Positions 26,001 to 38,346 of a stretch of DNA of 64,000 nucleotides are shown piece by piece. The stretch lies in assembly GCF_009914755.1 (NCBI RefSeq), contig NC_060930.1; one strand, given 5' to 3'. This stretch comes from the human T2T-CHM13v2.0 reference genome, Homo sapiens. The first letter of the stretch is position 1; each line of letters opens with the position of its first letter. The position numbers and the translations under genes were made by a program. The notes below the pieces were generated by a model. That model was not told where the DNA came from. It searched no databases and was given only the letters and a program-made list of their open reading frames with translations.

Positions 26001-28051
26001 AGAATACCGATAATTCATAGATTTGGTAGTTTTGTGGTGTCTCATATGTCATGAAGACTCTGTTCATTCTTTTTTCTTTATTTTTGACTGACTTGGTTAT
26101 TTCAAAAGACCTGTCTTCAAGTGCTGAGATTTTCTCTCCTGCTTGATCTAGTCTAATGTTGAAGCTTTCATGTGTATTTTGTATTTCATTCAGGGAGTTC
26201 TACAGTTCGATAATTTGTTAGATTCTTTTTTATTTATCTCTTTGGTAAACTTCTCATTCATATCCTGTATTGTTTTTCTGAGTTCTTTGTACTGTCTTTC
26301 AGAATTCTCCTGTATCTCATTGAGCTTCTTGAATATCACAATTTTGAATTTCTGGGATTTTGTGAGTTTCTTTTTGATTGAGATCTGTTGCTGGGAAATT
26401 ATTGTGTTCCTTTGGAGATGTCATATTTCCTTGCTTTTTTATGCTTCCTATGTCCTTATGTTGGTGTGAGTGCATCTGATGTTATAGTCTCTTCCTCCAG
26501 TTTTTGAATTTGCTTTCATAGGGGAGTTTTTTTTTTTTTTCCTGAAGATGTATCACTTGTGTTGGTTGGATAGGGTCCTTTGGTTTTGATTCTGGGTGCA
26601 TGCAGTAGCGTAGTCTCTGTGTGATTTCTTTGGCAGTAGACAGCATCAGTTGTATCTGTGATCTCCTTGGTGGTTTAACATGTGGTTATTAGTGGAGGTT
26701 ACGGTGAAATTTTGCTGGGAGCAAGGATGCCAGGTGGACAGGGATAACAAGTGGGCCGGAGTGGTAGCAGCAGTGGGCTGAATGTGCCTGTTCTTGGGGC
26801 GCAAGGTAGTGTATGCTGGCACTGATGTTAGAAGAACCAGGCAGGCCTATTCTGGGGCCTCCTGGTGGCTTGCTCAGATGCCAATAGTGGCAATTGGCTG
26901 GGTGGGTGAGCAGGTTCTTGGGTCGCTAAGCAGTTGGTGTGGTGTGGGCAATGGCAGTACTGGGGCAACTCTCTGGGCAATGAGGCAACTCTCTGGATGC
27001 CAAGAGGTGCACACTGGTGGTGTGGTGTGGGTTGCCACCCACAGCTGAAGATACCCAGCTCTTAGGCTCACTTACTCTTAGCAGCAGCGACACTGCAGTG
27101 CCAAGCAGCTGGGGAAGGACCTGCCTTTCATGCATGAGCATGGGCATGGAGGCCACATCACCATTAGGGGTGCAGTTGCCACTCATAGCCTCATACAGGC
27201 AACTTTCCAGCTCGCCTGCCTCAGCCTCTGGTGGTAGCACCAGTGGCTGTGCCTTCAGTGGTGTGTGAATTGGGAAAAGCGTTCCTGTTTTCTCTATACC
27301 TGAGCCTGCACGCAGAGGCCACTCTACTGGTGGGAAGGGATCTCACTTGCCTCTTGTGAAGCTGAGCACAGAGTTTGTGCTGCTGCTGTGGGCAGGGTCA
27401 CTCCTCACAGCCCCAGACAGGGAGTTCTCGAGCTCTGGAAAGCCTACACTTTGGTTTTCTTTGCCTTAGGAGATGCCTTTTCGGTGTGCTGCGCCACCCT
27501 TTCCTTGGATTGTCTTATTCCCTAGCGTACTGGAGACCCCGGAGCACTGTGGGGTCCAGCCAGTGCCATGCCTCTGTAGCCCTCCCACTGGACACTGGGG
27601 GATGTCAGTGGGGGATCCTGGATGGAGCTATGGAGGCTGTGGGTCCCAGGTCATGATGCAGTCTTATGATGACCGTGCTCTCACAATGGTGCCCTAGCTG
27701 CTTAGGTCTAGTGGTTGGGGGTGTGGTAAGTGACTCAGCGCAAGTTCCCTGTCTGGTGCAATGCCCTTGTGGGGTCTCCAAATCACTGCCTAGCTAGTGT
27801 CAGGGTTTGTGTGGTAGAGGAGCTCTCTTGTGGTTTAAATTACAACAGTCTGTGGGTGGGGAGGGTGTGGACCACTGAAGTTCTCTCACCCCTTCCCAGC
27901 AATACTGAGCCCCTTCAGGCTCCTGGCTGATCACAATTGTTCTCCTAGATGTGCTATTCAAGGTCAGTTTTTCTATTCATAACTTTTTTTCTCTTTCTGA
28001 AGAGGGCAGATGTCTAATGTCTCTAGTCAGCCATCTTGTCCCTTTCACCTA
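21119..28051 (-). mobile_element. Near full-length L1 (L1MA2-4-like), decayed ORF1/ORF2
   Basis: 5' end CAAGATGGCTGACTAGAG (minus) near 28038; ORF1-like 25846-26067; EN peptide DLTDIYRTF..SRSDHMLGHK; RT peptide [20 protein letters not shown]; C-terminal [19 protein letters not shown]; TSD TATCATATTTTCTTT/TATCACAGTTTCTTT. Confidence 0.92.
22990..23017. repeat. (TA)n microsatellite inside L1 ORF2
   Basis: Direct reading. Confidence 0.95.
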
Positions 28052-29228
28052 TATCACAGTTTCTTTATCCATTTGTCTGAAGATGGACATTTAGGTTGCT
28101 TCCATGTCTTAGCTATTGTGAATAATGTTGCAATGAACATGGGGGGGCAGATATTTTTAGGAGGTGGCAATTTCATTTCCTTTGGGTATATTTCCAGGAG
28201 AGGGATTGCTGGGTCATTTGGTAGTACTAGTTTTAATTTCTTTAGAAATCTCCATACTGTTTTACATAGTGGCTGCACCAACCTACAGTCCCACCAACAG
28301 TGTACAAGAACTCCCTCTTCTCCACACCCTTGCCAGCATGTGGTATCTTTTGACTTTTTGATATTAGCCATTGTAACAGGCATAATGTGATATCTCATAG
28401 TGGTTTTGATTTGCATTTCCCCAGTGACCAGGGATGTTGAGCATCTTTGCATAATCACTTGTTGGCAATTTTTGTGTCTTCTTTGGAGAAGTATCTATTC
28501 AGGTCTTTTGCCCATTAAAAATTTTTTTGTTTGTTTTTCTACTATTGATTTGTATCAGTTCTTTATAAATTTTTGATACTAACCCCTTATCAGATATATG
28601 TTTTGCAAATATTTTCTCCCAAAGTGTGGGCTGCAATTTCATTTTGTTGTTTGTTTTCTTTGTTGTGCAGGAGCTTTTTAGTTTTATGTAGTCCCATTTA
28701 TTTATTTTTGCTTTTGTGGCCTGAGCTTTTGGTGCGATATCCTGAGAATCATTGTGAAAGCTAATGGCTAGGAGGTGAAGTTTTATAGTTTCTGATCTTT
28801 CATTTAGGTCTTTTGTCCGTTTTGAATTTATTTTTGAGTATGATGTTAAATAAGGGTCTAATCTTATTTTCTTGCATGTGGAAATTCAGTTTTCTCAGGA
28901 CCATTTATTGAAGAGACTTTCCTTTCCTCATTGTCCCCTCTTGGTGCCCTTGTCAAAATTTAGTTATCTAAATATGTTTAGACCTCTTTCTGGGCTCTCT
29001 ATTTTGTTCTACTGTTCTGTGTGTCTGCTTTCATGCCAATACCATAATGTTTTGATTACTATAGCTTTGTAATATTGTTTTAAATCAGAAAATGTGATGC
29101 CTCCAACTTTATTTTTCTTTCTCAACATTGTTTTGGCTCTTTGGAATCTTTTATGTTTCCATATGCATTTCAGAATTGTTTTTACTATTTCTGTGAAGAA
29201 TGCCATTGGAATTTTGATAGGGATTGTG
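28052..29228 (-). mobile_element. Older L1, part 2 (ORF2 C-terminus; 5'-truncated)
   Basis: Peptides [25 protein letters not shown] and [25 protein letters not shown]. Confidence 0.9.
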
Positions 29229-31739
29229 AAAGGCATTTTAAACCAGTGGATGAGACTATATACCTAAAGGTTCTTCCAGCACTTACATTTGTGGGTTTCC
29301 CGACCACAGCAGGCCTTAAAGGATTATGGCAAGAGCTAGACATGACTTCACCATGTGCTAAACTGGGGCGCTCCTCATGTCCCAACTTTTCTAGTGTGAG
29401 TTAAGAATCCCTGTGTGTGTGCAGGTGGATATCAGCACAGACAGGGCCTAGGGATGCTGCTGACCCAGACAGGGAAAGAGTTTGTACCTGCACCTGGCAA
29501 TCATTACCTCACTCGCTCAGAGGGCCCTGTGCTCACTGGGAAACATCTGCCTGCTGCTAGCAGGACTTGGTTTCACTTTCAGCATAATAATTTGGACATC
29601 AGAAGGTTTTGGGTTACTAGTGCTGCTTTAGTCCCACCTGAAGGAGTAAAAAGGGAGCAATGACATTTGAAATCAAGATTCTAATCATCTTTCGGGGGTT
29701 TTTGATGTGGTTTAAGCCTGGCTGTTGGCCCGGCCAGAGCCTCCAGGGCAGGCCCTGCCCAGAGGTGCACAATGTGGCAAGAGTAGAAGGAGCTGTTACT
29801 TGAGCTCACAGCCAGATACGGAGAAAGAGCTCCCTCCAGACAGCGGATGGTGCCACCCACTCATCTCTCCCAGACTGTGCGTGGCTCAACCCATCCTTCC
29901 TGACCAGTCCAGGTGGCTGTGCTCCTGCAGTCTCCTCCCTGGTCTCGCACACTTTGACTTCCTTACTCAGGAGGCATTGTGAAGTCTCCCCGCGATGCCA
30001 CTCCACCTCCTCTGGGATTCTCTGCCACTCAAGGTCTGTCCTCCTGCCAATGGTCCCTGGACTTCCTGGGGAGGCAAAGACCTGCCCCAGCTGGCCAACC
30101 CTTCCTTGCGTGTGGCCCTAGATGGTGGCCCTTTCTGGCTCTGCTTGCTTCCTGGCTCTGTCCTGACCCCGCAGCTCACCCTTGGCCTGCCCTGGCCTGG
30201 CTTCCACTGGAAATAAAATCACAGGGTCTTAGACAGAGTCCCATCCTGACTTACTCACATTCACTAAATGAGTTGGAGATGAAGCCATTTAATATCTAGA
30301 AACCCCAAAGTGTTTGTTGTAGCAACCCCCATATCCACAGCTCTGAGCCTGTTTCTTTTCTGTTGTGCAGTAAATAATAATAATAATAATATCCAGCCCT
30401 TCAACACCTCCTCATTTTCTAAGGAATTAAATACACACAACTCAGTGTGGAATTTGAGACCCTGTGTGGTCTGGTACCAATCTACCTTGCCAGCCTCCTC
30501 CTACTACTCTGTTGATGCATGGCCTTTGCTCCCATCACTTTGCTGGGAGGCCACTTGCTGATTCCTGAATATGCCCTGAACCGCCTCCTCCATACCATGA
30601 TTCTGAAGTCCTCCGTCTGAATGGCCACCCCCACCCTGCCAATCTGTGTGTGCTGGATGCTGGACCACCCTTCCTAGTCCCTCCCCAGCCACTCTCCATG
30701 AAGCTCCGCGGTCGGACGCCCTGTCCCACCCCAGCCCAGCCTTCTCTGGTTTGGTGGTAGGTTCATCTTCCCTCCCTTCCTCCCTGCCTGTCTGTATTCC
30801 CGAGGTCAGGGATTGCATTTTCATATCCCTCACAGTGCTGGGACGGGAAGGAGGCACCCTGAGTTTATTGTGTGAGTTGAAGTGGAAGGTGATGAATGGC
30901 GGCTTCCCTTGGACAACAGATCTGGCCTTGGAGTGAAAGGAGGAAGAGGCTGAGTGCAGAATGAGGTTTCAGGGGAGGCTGGGTGGGGGTCTTTGTGAGC
31001 CCCCCAGAATTTGGTTGCCTGTGAGCCCATGACATGTATTGTTGGCATTAAAGCAACACTCAATACCATCAAATAAACTTTTATCATTAAAATTTTTTTC
31101 CCTCATAGACATAGGTTTGGGAATATTTTGTCTGCCAAACAAATTCCATTTATTTACTAATCTATTTTCCTATCTTTATCATTCAGAGATCCATGTAGCC
31201 ACCACTGAGAACTTCAGACCAGAAGAGACAAGCAGAGATACTGCAACGCACTCATCCAGAGCAGAAGAACCCTATTTTGAGTTTACCTATAGGACCTTAT
31301 AACAGGCAAACATATGATGTCTTCATAGTATTAGAAATAATGAAATGAAGGACTATATCAGTGACCTCCTGAAAGGTTAACTGGAAATCTCAGGATTAAT
31401 CTTTCTCATTTTCTGTTAAAATGCAAATCCCCGGGTTGGAATAATGATTGAACATTGTTTGTTAGTTACACCTTAATGAATGGGGTTATTAGGGTTTAAG
31501 AGAATGAGGTCATTGGGGTTTATTAAACCATCAAGGGAGAGAACTAAGAGGGGACCCTGAGATGCCCAGTAAGGCAAATATTTGGAGATAAGTTTCATTT
31601 CACCCCTACTTGGCCTCCACAAGGCCTGCACACTTAAATATTGGTTTGAGAGAATTCTGAAGTCAGAGTGGCAGACCATGCTGGTCACACCCAATGGCCC
31701 GATCCTGCTACAGGAACACAATTTCACTCATGAGTGGGA

Positions 31740-32137
31740 CACCCCCTGACTCTGGCTACAGGGGAAGAGCACGGTTCCATGCCATTTCCCTTTGCCAGTG
31801 ATTGTTTCGGTGATGAATGTGTAAGCCATTTCTGGCCAATGGGATATAAGGGCGTTTAATCTCACCCCTCTCTTGTAAGGAGAGGAGCAACTTCCTTCTT
31901 CACTCCAGCCTGCCTCCACACATGGTTCTGTGAAGATGTAACATTTGGTTTGTGACAGCCATCTTGTGACCACAAAGAAAAACCGCAATAAGCCTTGGCA
32001 TCACCACGGGGCTGAATTAACCCACCCAGGGGCCCCTGACCTCTAGACTTCTCGTTATGAGAAATGATAAATCCTATTATTTAAGCAACTACAGTCAGGC
32101 TGTTTTGTTCCTTGAAGCAAAGGCTTATCCTGATGCA
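31740..32137 (+). mobile_element. MLT1I/J-like LTR
   Basis: TTGCCAGTGATTG..TTCTGGCCAATGGGATATAAG..CAGCCATCTTGTGACCA..GACTTCTCGTTATGAGAAATGATAAA. Confidence 0.65.
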
Positions 32138-32349
32138 TCCAGAGGTGTCACAGTGCGAACAGGCAGAGGCCATGGCAGGGTGGGAGAGGGTCCGGGGGTG
32201 TCACAGTGAGGAGAGGCAGAGGCCGTGGCAGGGTGGGAGAGGGTCCAGGGGTGTCACAGTGAGTAGAGGCAGAGGCCGTGGCAGGGTGGGAGAGGGTCCA
32301 GGGGTGTCACAGTGAGGACAGGCAGAGGCTGTGGCAGGGCGGGAGAGGG
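32138..32349. repeat. 53-bp G-rich minisatellite, ~4 copies
   Basis: GGTGTCACAGTG recurs at 32144, 32197, 32250, 32303. Confidence 0.95.
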
Positions 32350-34844
32350 AATGCCCCCTCCTAGTTTGCTTGCCCACAGCCTGATCACCATGAAGGCAGC
32401 CCAGGGAGGGCAGGGCTGGGCCTTCCACGGAACTGGAGGTCTCTGGGGCTCTCTCAGCCTCAGGAGCAAACAGCTTGAGCCCTGAGGACTCTGGGTAGCT
32501 CTCGAGTGTACCTAGCAGGGACCCACTCACCCAGCCCCACTTCCCGTCGCTTCCTGTCAGACTCCTGGAACGCAGCATGAATGGGCTCTTTCGTGACAAT
32601 TTTGCACACCCCACCATTGATCCAAGCCCTTTAAAAATGACTTTCCTTCTTGTCTGGCATCTTCTCACTTCCTTCCTACACCTGTGAAGTCTATGCTTTT
32701 GTCAAGTCAGCTCAGACTGCCCTTCCCCCAGCCCTTAGCCCTGGGCGGCATTTTTATCCTCTCACTATATAGCTCACCAGACCGCCTGGATATCTCATTA
32801 TGGTGGGAAATGAGAGCTAAATTTCCACTTGGCCATATCTGTAGGGGACACTGCTGGTGCCTGGCCATAGGCCCTGGCTGCCTCCATTCCCGTGCACACT
32901 GGTGGGGTCCTGCTGCAGCAACTGTGACTGGCTGCCCGAGGACTTGGCTGGAAGCCCCAGGGGGTCCACTCTGGGGAGCATTCCTTCAGGGATGCCATGG
33001 CGCATACATACCCCGGCTTTCTCACCGGTGTGGGGCAACTGTGAGGCATGCCCTCCGCAGGCTCTCAGAGGTCCCAGGTGCCCTCAGTGGTAACCTGTTC
33101 ACAAACACACACTGCGGTGGTCACCCATCTCAAAATCCTTGTCTCAGGGTCTGTCCCGAGGAGAATTCAGCCCAAGTCAATATCTTAATCCCATTATCCA
33201 TAGGATCAAGACCCAAATCTTTTGCCTGCCACATCTCAAATTAGACCCAGACTCCATTATCAGTTCAGGGCCTGCTTCGGGTTTTCTTGCAAGGGAAAAC
33301 CAGCTAAGAATCATTTGCTCTCATTTTTTCTCTGACCACTGGCATGGTCATTAGTACTGGGTCCCCACTAGCCGCATGCCCATCTGTTACCATCTGCCTT
33401 GCCCCCCAATGTGCAATCTTATTTCTTTGTTCCCTGCTGTGAGCTTCTCTGTCTTCCTGGAACAACTTCATCCTGTCTTCCCCTCCCCTGGGCAAGCACA
33501 TCCCACAACACCCAGCATGGTCAGTAGCTCTTCTGAGAAGCCATCCTCAGCTGCTCTGCTCAGAGCTGGAGATGCCCCTTCATCCCCCTAGGATGCATTA
33601 CACTTGCCTCTGCTAGAGCCCTCGCTACATGGCTGGCCATGGAGACATGCATCTTCTGTACCTGGTGTGTGAATGAAAAAAGGGTCTGTCCCACCTTGAC
33701 CAAGAGCTTCTGAGGGACAGGGCAGTTCCCTAATTCTTTACACTCCTTGAAGGCACCTGTTCAACCAGGGCAGATGGGGTCCAGAAGATTCCCATCAGTA
33801 ACTGAGCCTTCCCTCGACAAAGAGGAGGTGGGGTAAAGCTGGTTTTGTGGGGAGGCAGGCTCTAGAGGATGAGGATCAGAACAGAGCAGGAGGGTGGGGG
33901 TGGAGGGAAAAAGAAACAGAAAAACGTGCAAGTCATAAAGCAGCAGGGAGCCCTGCAAGTCATTAGATAATTAATCAAAGTGAAAAATCAGAAAGCCAGC
34001 CTTGGCTGCCATTATGGGGTTGCAGCTGTTTTTGGAGTTTGATTGAATAAAATCTTTATGAAGTTCACGTTTTGTCTCTAATTTCCTCCCTTGTTCTCTC
34101 CCATTCTGGGGCCTCATGTTCCCTGACTCCCAGATGTGGTGATAGGTGGTGGCAGGCAGCTGCCCTCCTCCACCCCCCACCCCCACCCGCCTCCCGCCCA
34201 GTCCCGGCTTGTCTTGGCCCCTCTCTGCCCTGGCTCCGGTTCAGCTTTCTCGGAGATCTGAATACCCAAGCCCATGCCTCTTCCCATCTTTGCACCCTTT
34301 TGGGCTACAGACCAAGTCAGGAAGGGATCTCCTGGAGGCTGACTATTCTCCTACAGAACGGAATGCATTGTGGAGCCCTCCAGATGCTGGCCCCTGCCCC
34401 AGGGTGTGAGAGTGGGCTGGGGTCCAGATGGGTGGAACGGGGCATGATAGGTACGGTCAGGCAAGGAGGTTGGCTACTCAGTGTGTACATTGTCAAACAA
34501 ACTCATCTTTGCTTTACAGGGGACTCAGTTTCTTCATTGGTAGCCTTGATTGACAAAGACCCATTATATGGAGAGTAAAGAAATAAAGGCATTGAGCATT
34601 TCCTGAGTTCCAGGGACTTTTGCCTATATGATTGAGTGCTTCTCACCACAGTGCTGCAAGGAAGGCATTTACTGAGGAAGGAGAGAATGTAGAATTGAAG
34701 AGCTTACGAGATGTCAAAGTTTGCAGAATGATTCAAAGAGGCAAGGCCAGAGCTCCCAACCAGGCTTCTTGTTTCTAAAATCTGCCAATCAATATAACTC
34801 TGAAATATTGAAATACGGCCCCAACCCCAACCCCACCCCACTGC

Positions 34845-34938
34845 TGTTGTAGGGGAGAAAAGCAGTGTATTTTCCTTACCCATTGCAAGGTTCATGGCTG
34901 AGACCCCGTAACAAAAGACAGATTAACAATAGAAAAGT
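34845..34938 (-). mobile_element. ERV1 MER4-group LTR fragment (MER31/MER67-like, tentative)
   Basis: GAGACCCCGTAACAAAAGACAGATTAACAATAGAAAAG. Confidence 0.5.
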
Positions 34939-35130
34939 GCTTTTAGAAAAAGCCCAATGTAGAAAAAGGTCCCTATTGCCCTTTATACACTGGTCACCCA
35001 CTGGACTCGGCTCTGTGGACCTGGGGCCACTTCTTGTTCAGCTGCCGATGCAGGAGTGGCGTCAGAGGATGTGCTTTCTACCTTGGACCCCACACGCAAT
35101 GGAAAACACTGCCACCTCTTTGTGGAAAGT

Positions 35131-35535
35131 TGTTGCAGGTTGGCTTCCCTGGGAAGCAGACTCTGAGAGGGAGTTTGTGTGCTAAGGATGCTGGGTGCCT
35201 GGGGAAGGGGAGAGGGAGCAGGCATGGGCAGAGAGAGAAGCCAAGCTGCAGGGCAGGCCAGTGGCAGCCCTGGCCCCACGGGGAGCTCTGGAGCTAGCAT
35301 GGCCCATTTACAGTGGACCTGCTTTTGACCCAGGTGGCTCTTCCAAGTCCCCCAGTCTTGCTTAATCATTGGATGTGGGCTGGCCGGGAAAGGACATGGC
35401 CTTGAGGGAGATTGCTGTCTACAGCTGAGTCAATGGCTGAGGGGCCAACAGCTGGGATTGTCTGCTGCTAACACTGCCCGCAGCTGCAGAAGCAAGTCTT
35501 TCCTTGAAGGGGGATCTGGGTGGTGCATGGCCACA
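35131..35535 (-). mobile_element. LTR16 (ERVL) solo LTR
   Basis: GGTTGGCTTCCCTGGGAAGCAGACTCTGAG..GGGAGCTCTGGAGCTAG..TCATTGGATGTGGGCTG..GGGGGATCTGGGTGGTGCA. Confidence 0.75.
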
Positions 35536-36979
35536 GAAGGGGTCCCAGTACCCCCAGGAGTATAGCTGCTCTCTCCTGGGCTCATCTCATCCTGGGCTCA
35601 TCTTTCCTGGGCTTTGTACGTGCTTGTATTAAAGCATTGATGGTGTAAAGTGGTGGTTATTGGGCCTGCCGGCCATCATCACTAGGACAGAGGCTGTGAT
35701 GACACGCTCATATGGCTGTCTCTAGCATGGGGCTCAGAAGGGGGTCTGTAGACCCACATATGGTCTGCTCAGGTGCCCTGCAGCTCTGCAATGTGTGCCA
35801 TGAACCTGCCTTGTGAAGCCACTGAGCTGCCCCCACATACCCCTGGACCCCAGCTCCTTTTTAGGGGCCTGCCCAGTGTAGAGCTGGCCCCTCCCCACTA
35901 CACCTTTGGGGTACCCACATTTTGCTTGCCTCTATTTTGGCTCCCAACTCTGCAATTTCAAGGTTATTTTCCTTTCTGGGGCTCTTTGGCTGGTGCTTGG
36001 ATCCCAGGGACCGCTTCCTGGATTCTGGGAGTGATATGGGGAAGGAGAGAAGGGGGTTGCTTGTGGGCACCAATAGTGGTGCCAGCTCACAGAAGGCTGG
36101 AGTGGTGGTCCTGAGGCTTGGGGCTCGGCCTTCATCAGAGGTTTCACTCTGCAGGGAAGCAGCTGTAGACAAAGAAGCCTTGTTCTTGGGGGACTCAGCA
36201 GGGAGGCAAAGGGTCCTTTCACAGCGTCTTCATCCCTGCCAGGGAAAGCCGGGGCTGGCTGCCATGTGGAATGCATTTGCTCCTGAAAACCACAGTGAGA
36301 GCCATGGCAGTGTGGGTTGGTCAGGGCTGCCTCCTCGAGAGGCCTGGGTCTTTGTGGGGCAGCCATAGAGTACAGGGTGCCGACAGGAGCAGCCTGGGTC
36401 AGGGGGAGCCCCCAGATTGACCTGCCCCCCGCACACCAGAGGAGCCCTGGGGTGGGAGTTCTGGACCCGGCCTACCTGGGCAAGTCTCAAGGCCTCCACA
36501 GCCATCCGTTTCCTCCTCCTTCCCTGCCCACCTGGCTGTCATGGGAGGCTTAGTCATGCACTTGCCTCAATGTCCTCTGTGGGTCTCTGTTTCCCGGGCT
36601 GGTTCCTGATTTGCCTTGACTGTTCTCCTCTCTCTTCTGGACTGTGTATCACTCACCTTTGAATCCTCAGGGCTGGAAAGCAGAGGCTATGTCCATCTGG
36701 TTCTCCCAGTCTCTGTCCCACAAGCTTCCCATGCCCATTTCTATCTTTGTGATTTCTTCCATAGATTTTACGCCTTCTGCTTTCTCTCTCTTTCCCATAC
36801 CCATCCAAAGTTTGTCCCTCAAGCTGTCACTTGAATGCCACCTCCTGAGTGAAATTCACCTCGACTGCTCCAGCCGCCTGTGCTAGTTAGTACTCCAGTA
36901 GGGCAGAGCACACGATTTGCTTTTGTTTCAAGGCATGCTCATCCTTTTGCTCAGGAATCTTAACTCTTCATGGCAAGAA

Positions 36980-37110
36980 TAACATGATAATGAAGATAGT
37001 AATAGCTAGCTGAGGCTCTGAGATGTTAAGTAACTTGCCTAAGGTCACACAGCCACAAAGTGGCAGAGCTGAGGCTGGATGGGAGCTGCCTGGCTCTGAA
37101 GACTGTATTG
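36980..37110 (-). mobile_element. MIR
   Basis: CTGAGGCTCTGAGATGTTAAGTAACTTGCCTAAGGTCACACAGC. Confidence 0.8.
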
Positions 37111-37929
37111 ACATTTGCTGTGCTTTCTCCCTGGGTCGCTGGTACTCCATTATGGCCTTGATAGAAACCACCCTTCAGGTTGTTTAGGTTGGAGAGTTGG
37201 TGTGAAGGCAGATGAGGGCTCCTAGGAGGCAGGCAAAGGGGGGACTTGTGGCCAAACCTCAGTTTCTCATGCCGAGGAGACATTGGTACTAGGACTCTGA
37301 GGTCAGACCCACACTTAAAAAATTGTTGCTTACTTCCCTTTAGTTCTACATCCCAAGAACTTGCTTCATTTCTTGCTCTCAGTGCAGGAGCTCCTCTCGC
37401 TGTCTCTAGCAACTTACGCTTCCTGTGAAACCTCATCCAGGTAAGTTTTCACTTCACACTGCAAAGAATAATAGTGGGGGGTTATTTTTATAGAAAAAAC
37501 TCCTCAAAGCTGAGCAGTCTTCCACTCCTGGGCAGACAGCAGGAGGCTGCAGGGCAGCAGTGCCTGGAGGAGCTGGAAAACGTTCACTCCATGTATAGAT
37601 TTCCACTCACCCCTGACTACCACCACTTGCGGGGGTGAGTTTCAATATTCCCTGGTCATCTGAATCCACTTATGTGTCTTTAATCACAGGGGCCTGGGTG
37701 TCTTTGAGTCCTTCCTGCTCAGCCTCTCCAGGAATTTGGCACATAGGAATTCTTGGGACTCTCCTACCCTTTTGGAGAGATTCGACTCAAACTGCCTTCA
37801 CAGAGCCTTCCATTTATTCCTCACTGGGGCAAGGAGGGAAGTGAGGTCTCTCAGCACCTACTATGTGCCAAGCATGTTGCTGGGTGCCTTGAGATCATAA
37901 ATTACAATTCTTACATTTTCTGCAACACA

Positions 37930-38346
37930 TTGGTTTGTCAGAAGCAGATGCTGAGATGGAGTTTGGAGCAGAGATGTTTATTAGAGGTTAACACTAGGGC
38001 AGGAGTGGGGATGGGGGAGGAAGCAGGATATGCAGAGAAGACATTGAACTGTGACACAAGCTCTACAAAGCTTTGATCATCCCTGAGAGGAGTGTAGAGC
38101 AAGAATTGCCCATCAGTGTCCGGTATTGGGCTGGAATGGCTTGGGCCTATATATCCCCATCTGGCTTTGTAGCTGGATGCAGGTTGTCCTGGGAAGGAAG
38201 TGGCCTTAGGAGTGGTACAGCTCTGTTGCTGAGCCAGATCCTGAAGGAGCCAACACCTGGGGGCTGTCTGCTGACTGCAGCCCCAGAACTGGGGGCTGTA
38301 ATGGGTCCTGGAAGGGGAATCTAGGAAGTGCATCTTTGTGTCTACA
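37930..38346 (-). mobile_element. LTR16A-like solo LTR inserted in a MIR (37850-38490, minus)
   Basis: AGAAGCAGATGCTGAGATGGAGTTTGG..TTTATTAGAG..GGGGGCTGTCTGCTGAC; MIR halves AGCACCTACTATGTGCCAAG and GGCCACACAGCTAGTAAATAGCAGAG. Confidence 0.75.

Noticed and set aside
32138-32349. Regularly spaced repeats as a CRISPR-like array
   Set aside because: Head-to-tail units with no unique spacers, in primate DNA: a minisatellite.
32684-36368. Several overlapping 110-190 aa ORFs in a GC-richer region
   Set aside because: Mostly non-ATG starts, on both strands, no domain similarity; expected by chance at this GC content.
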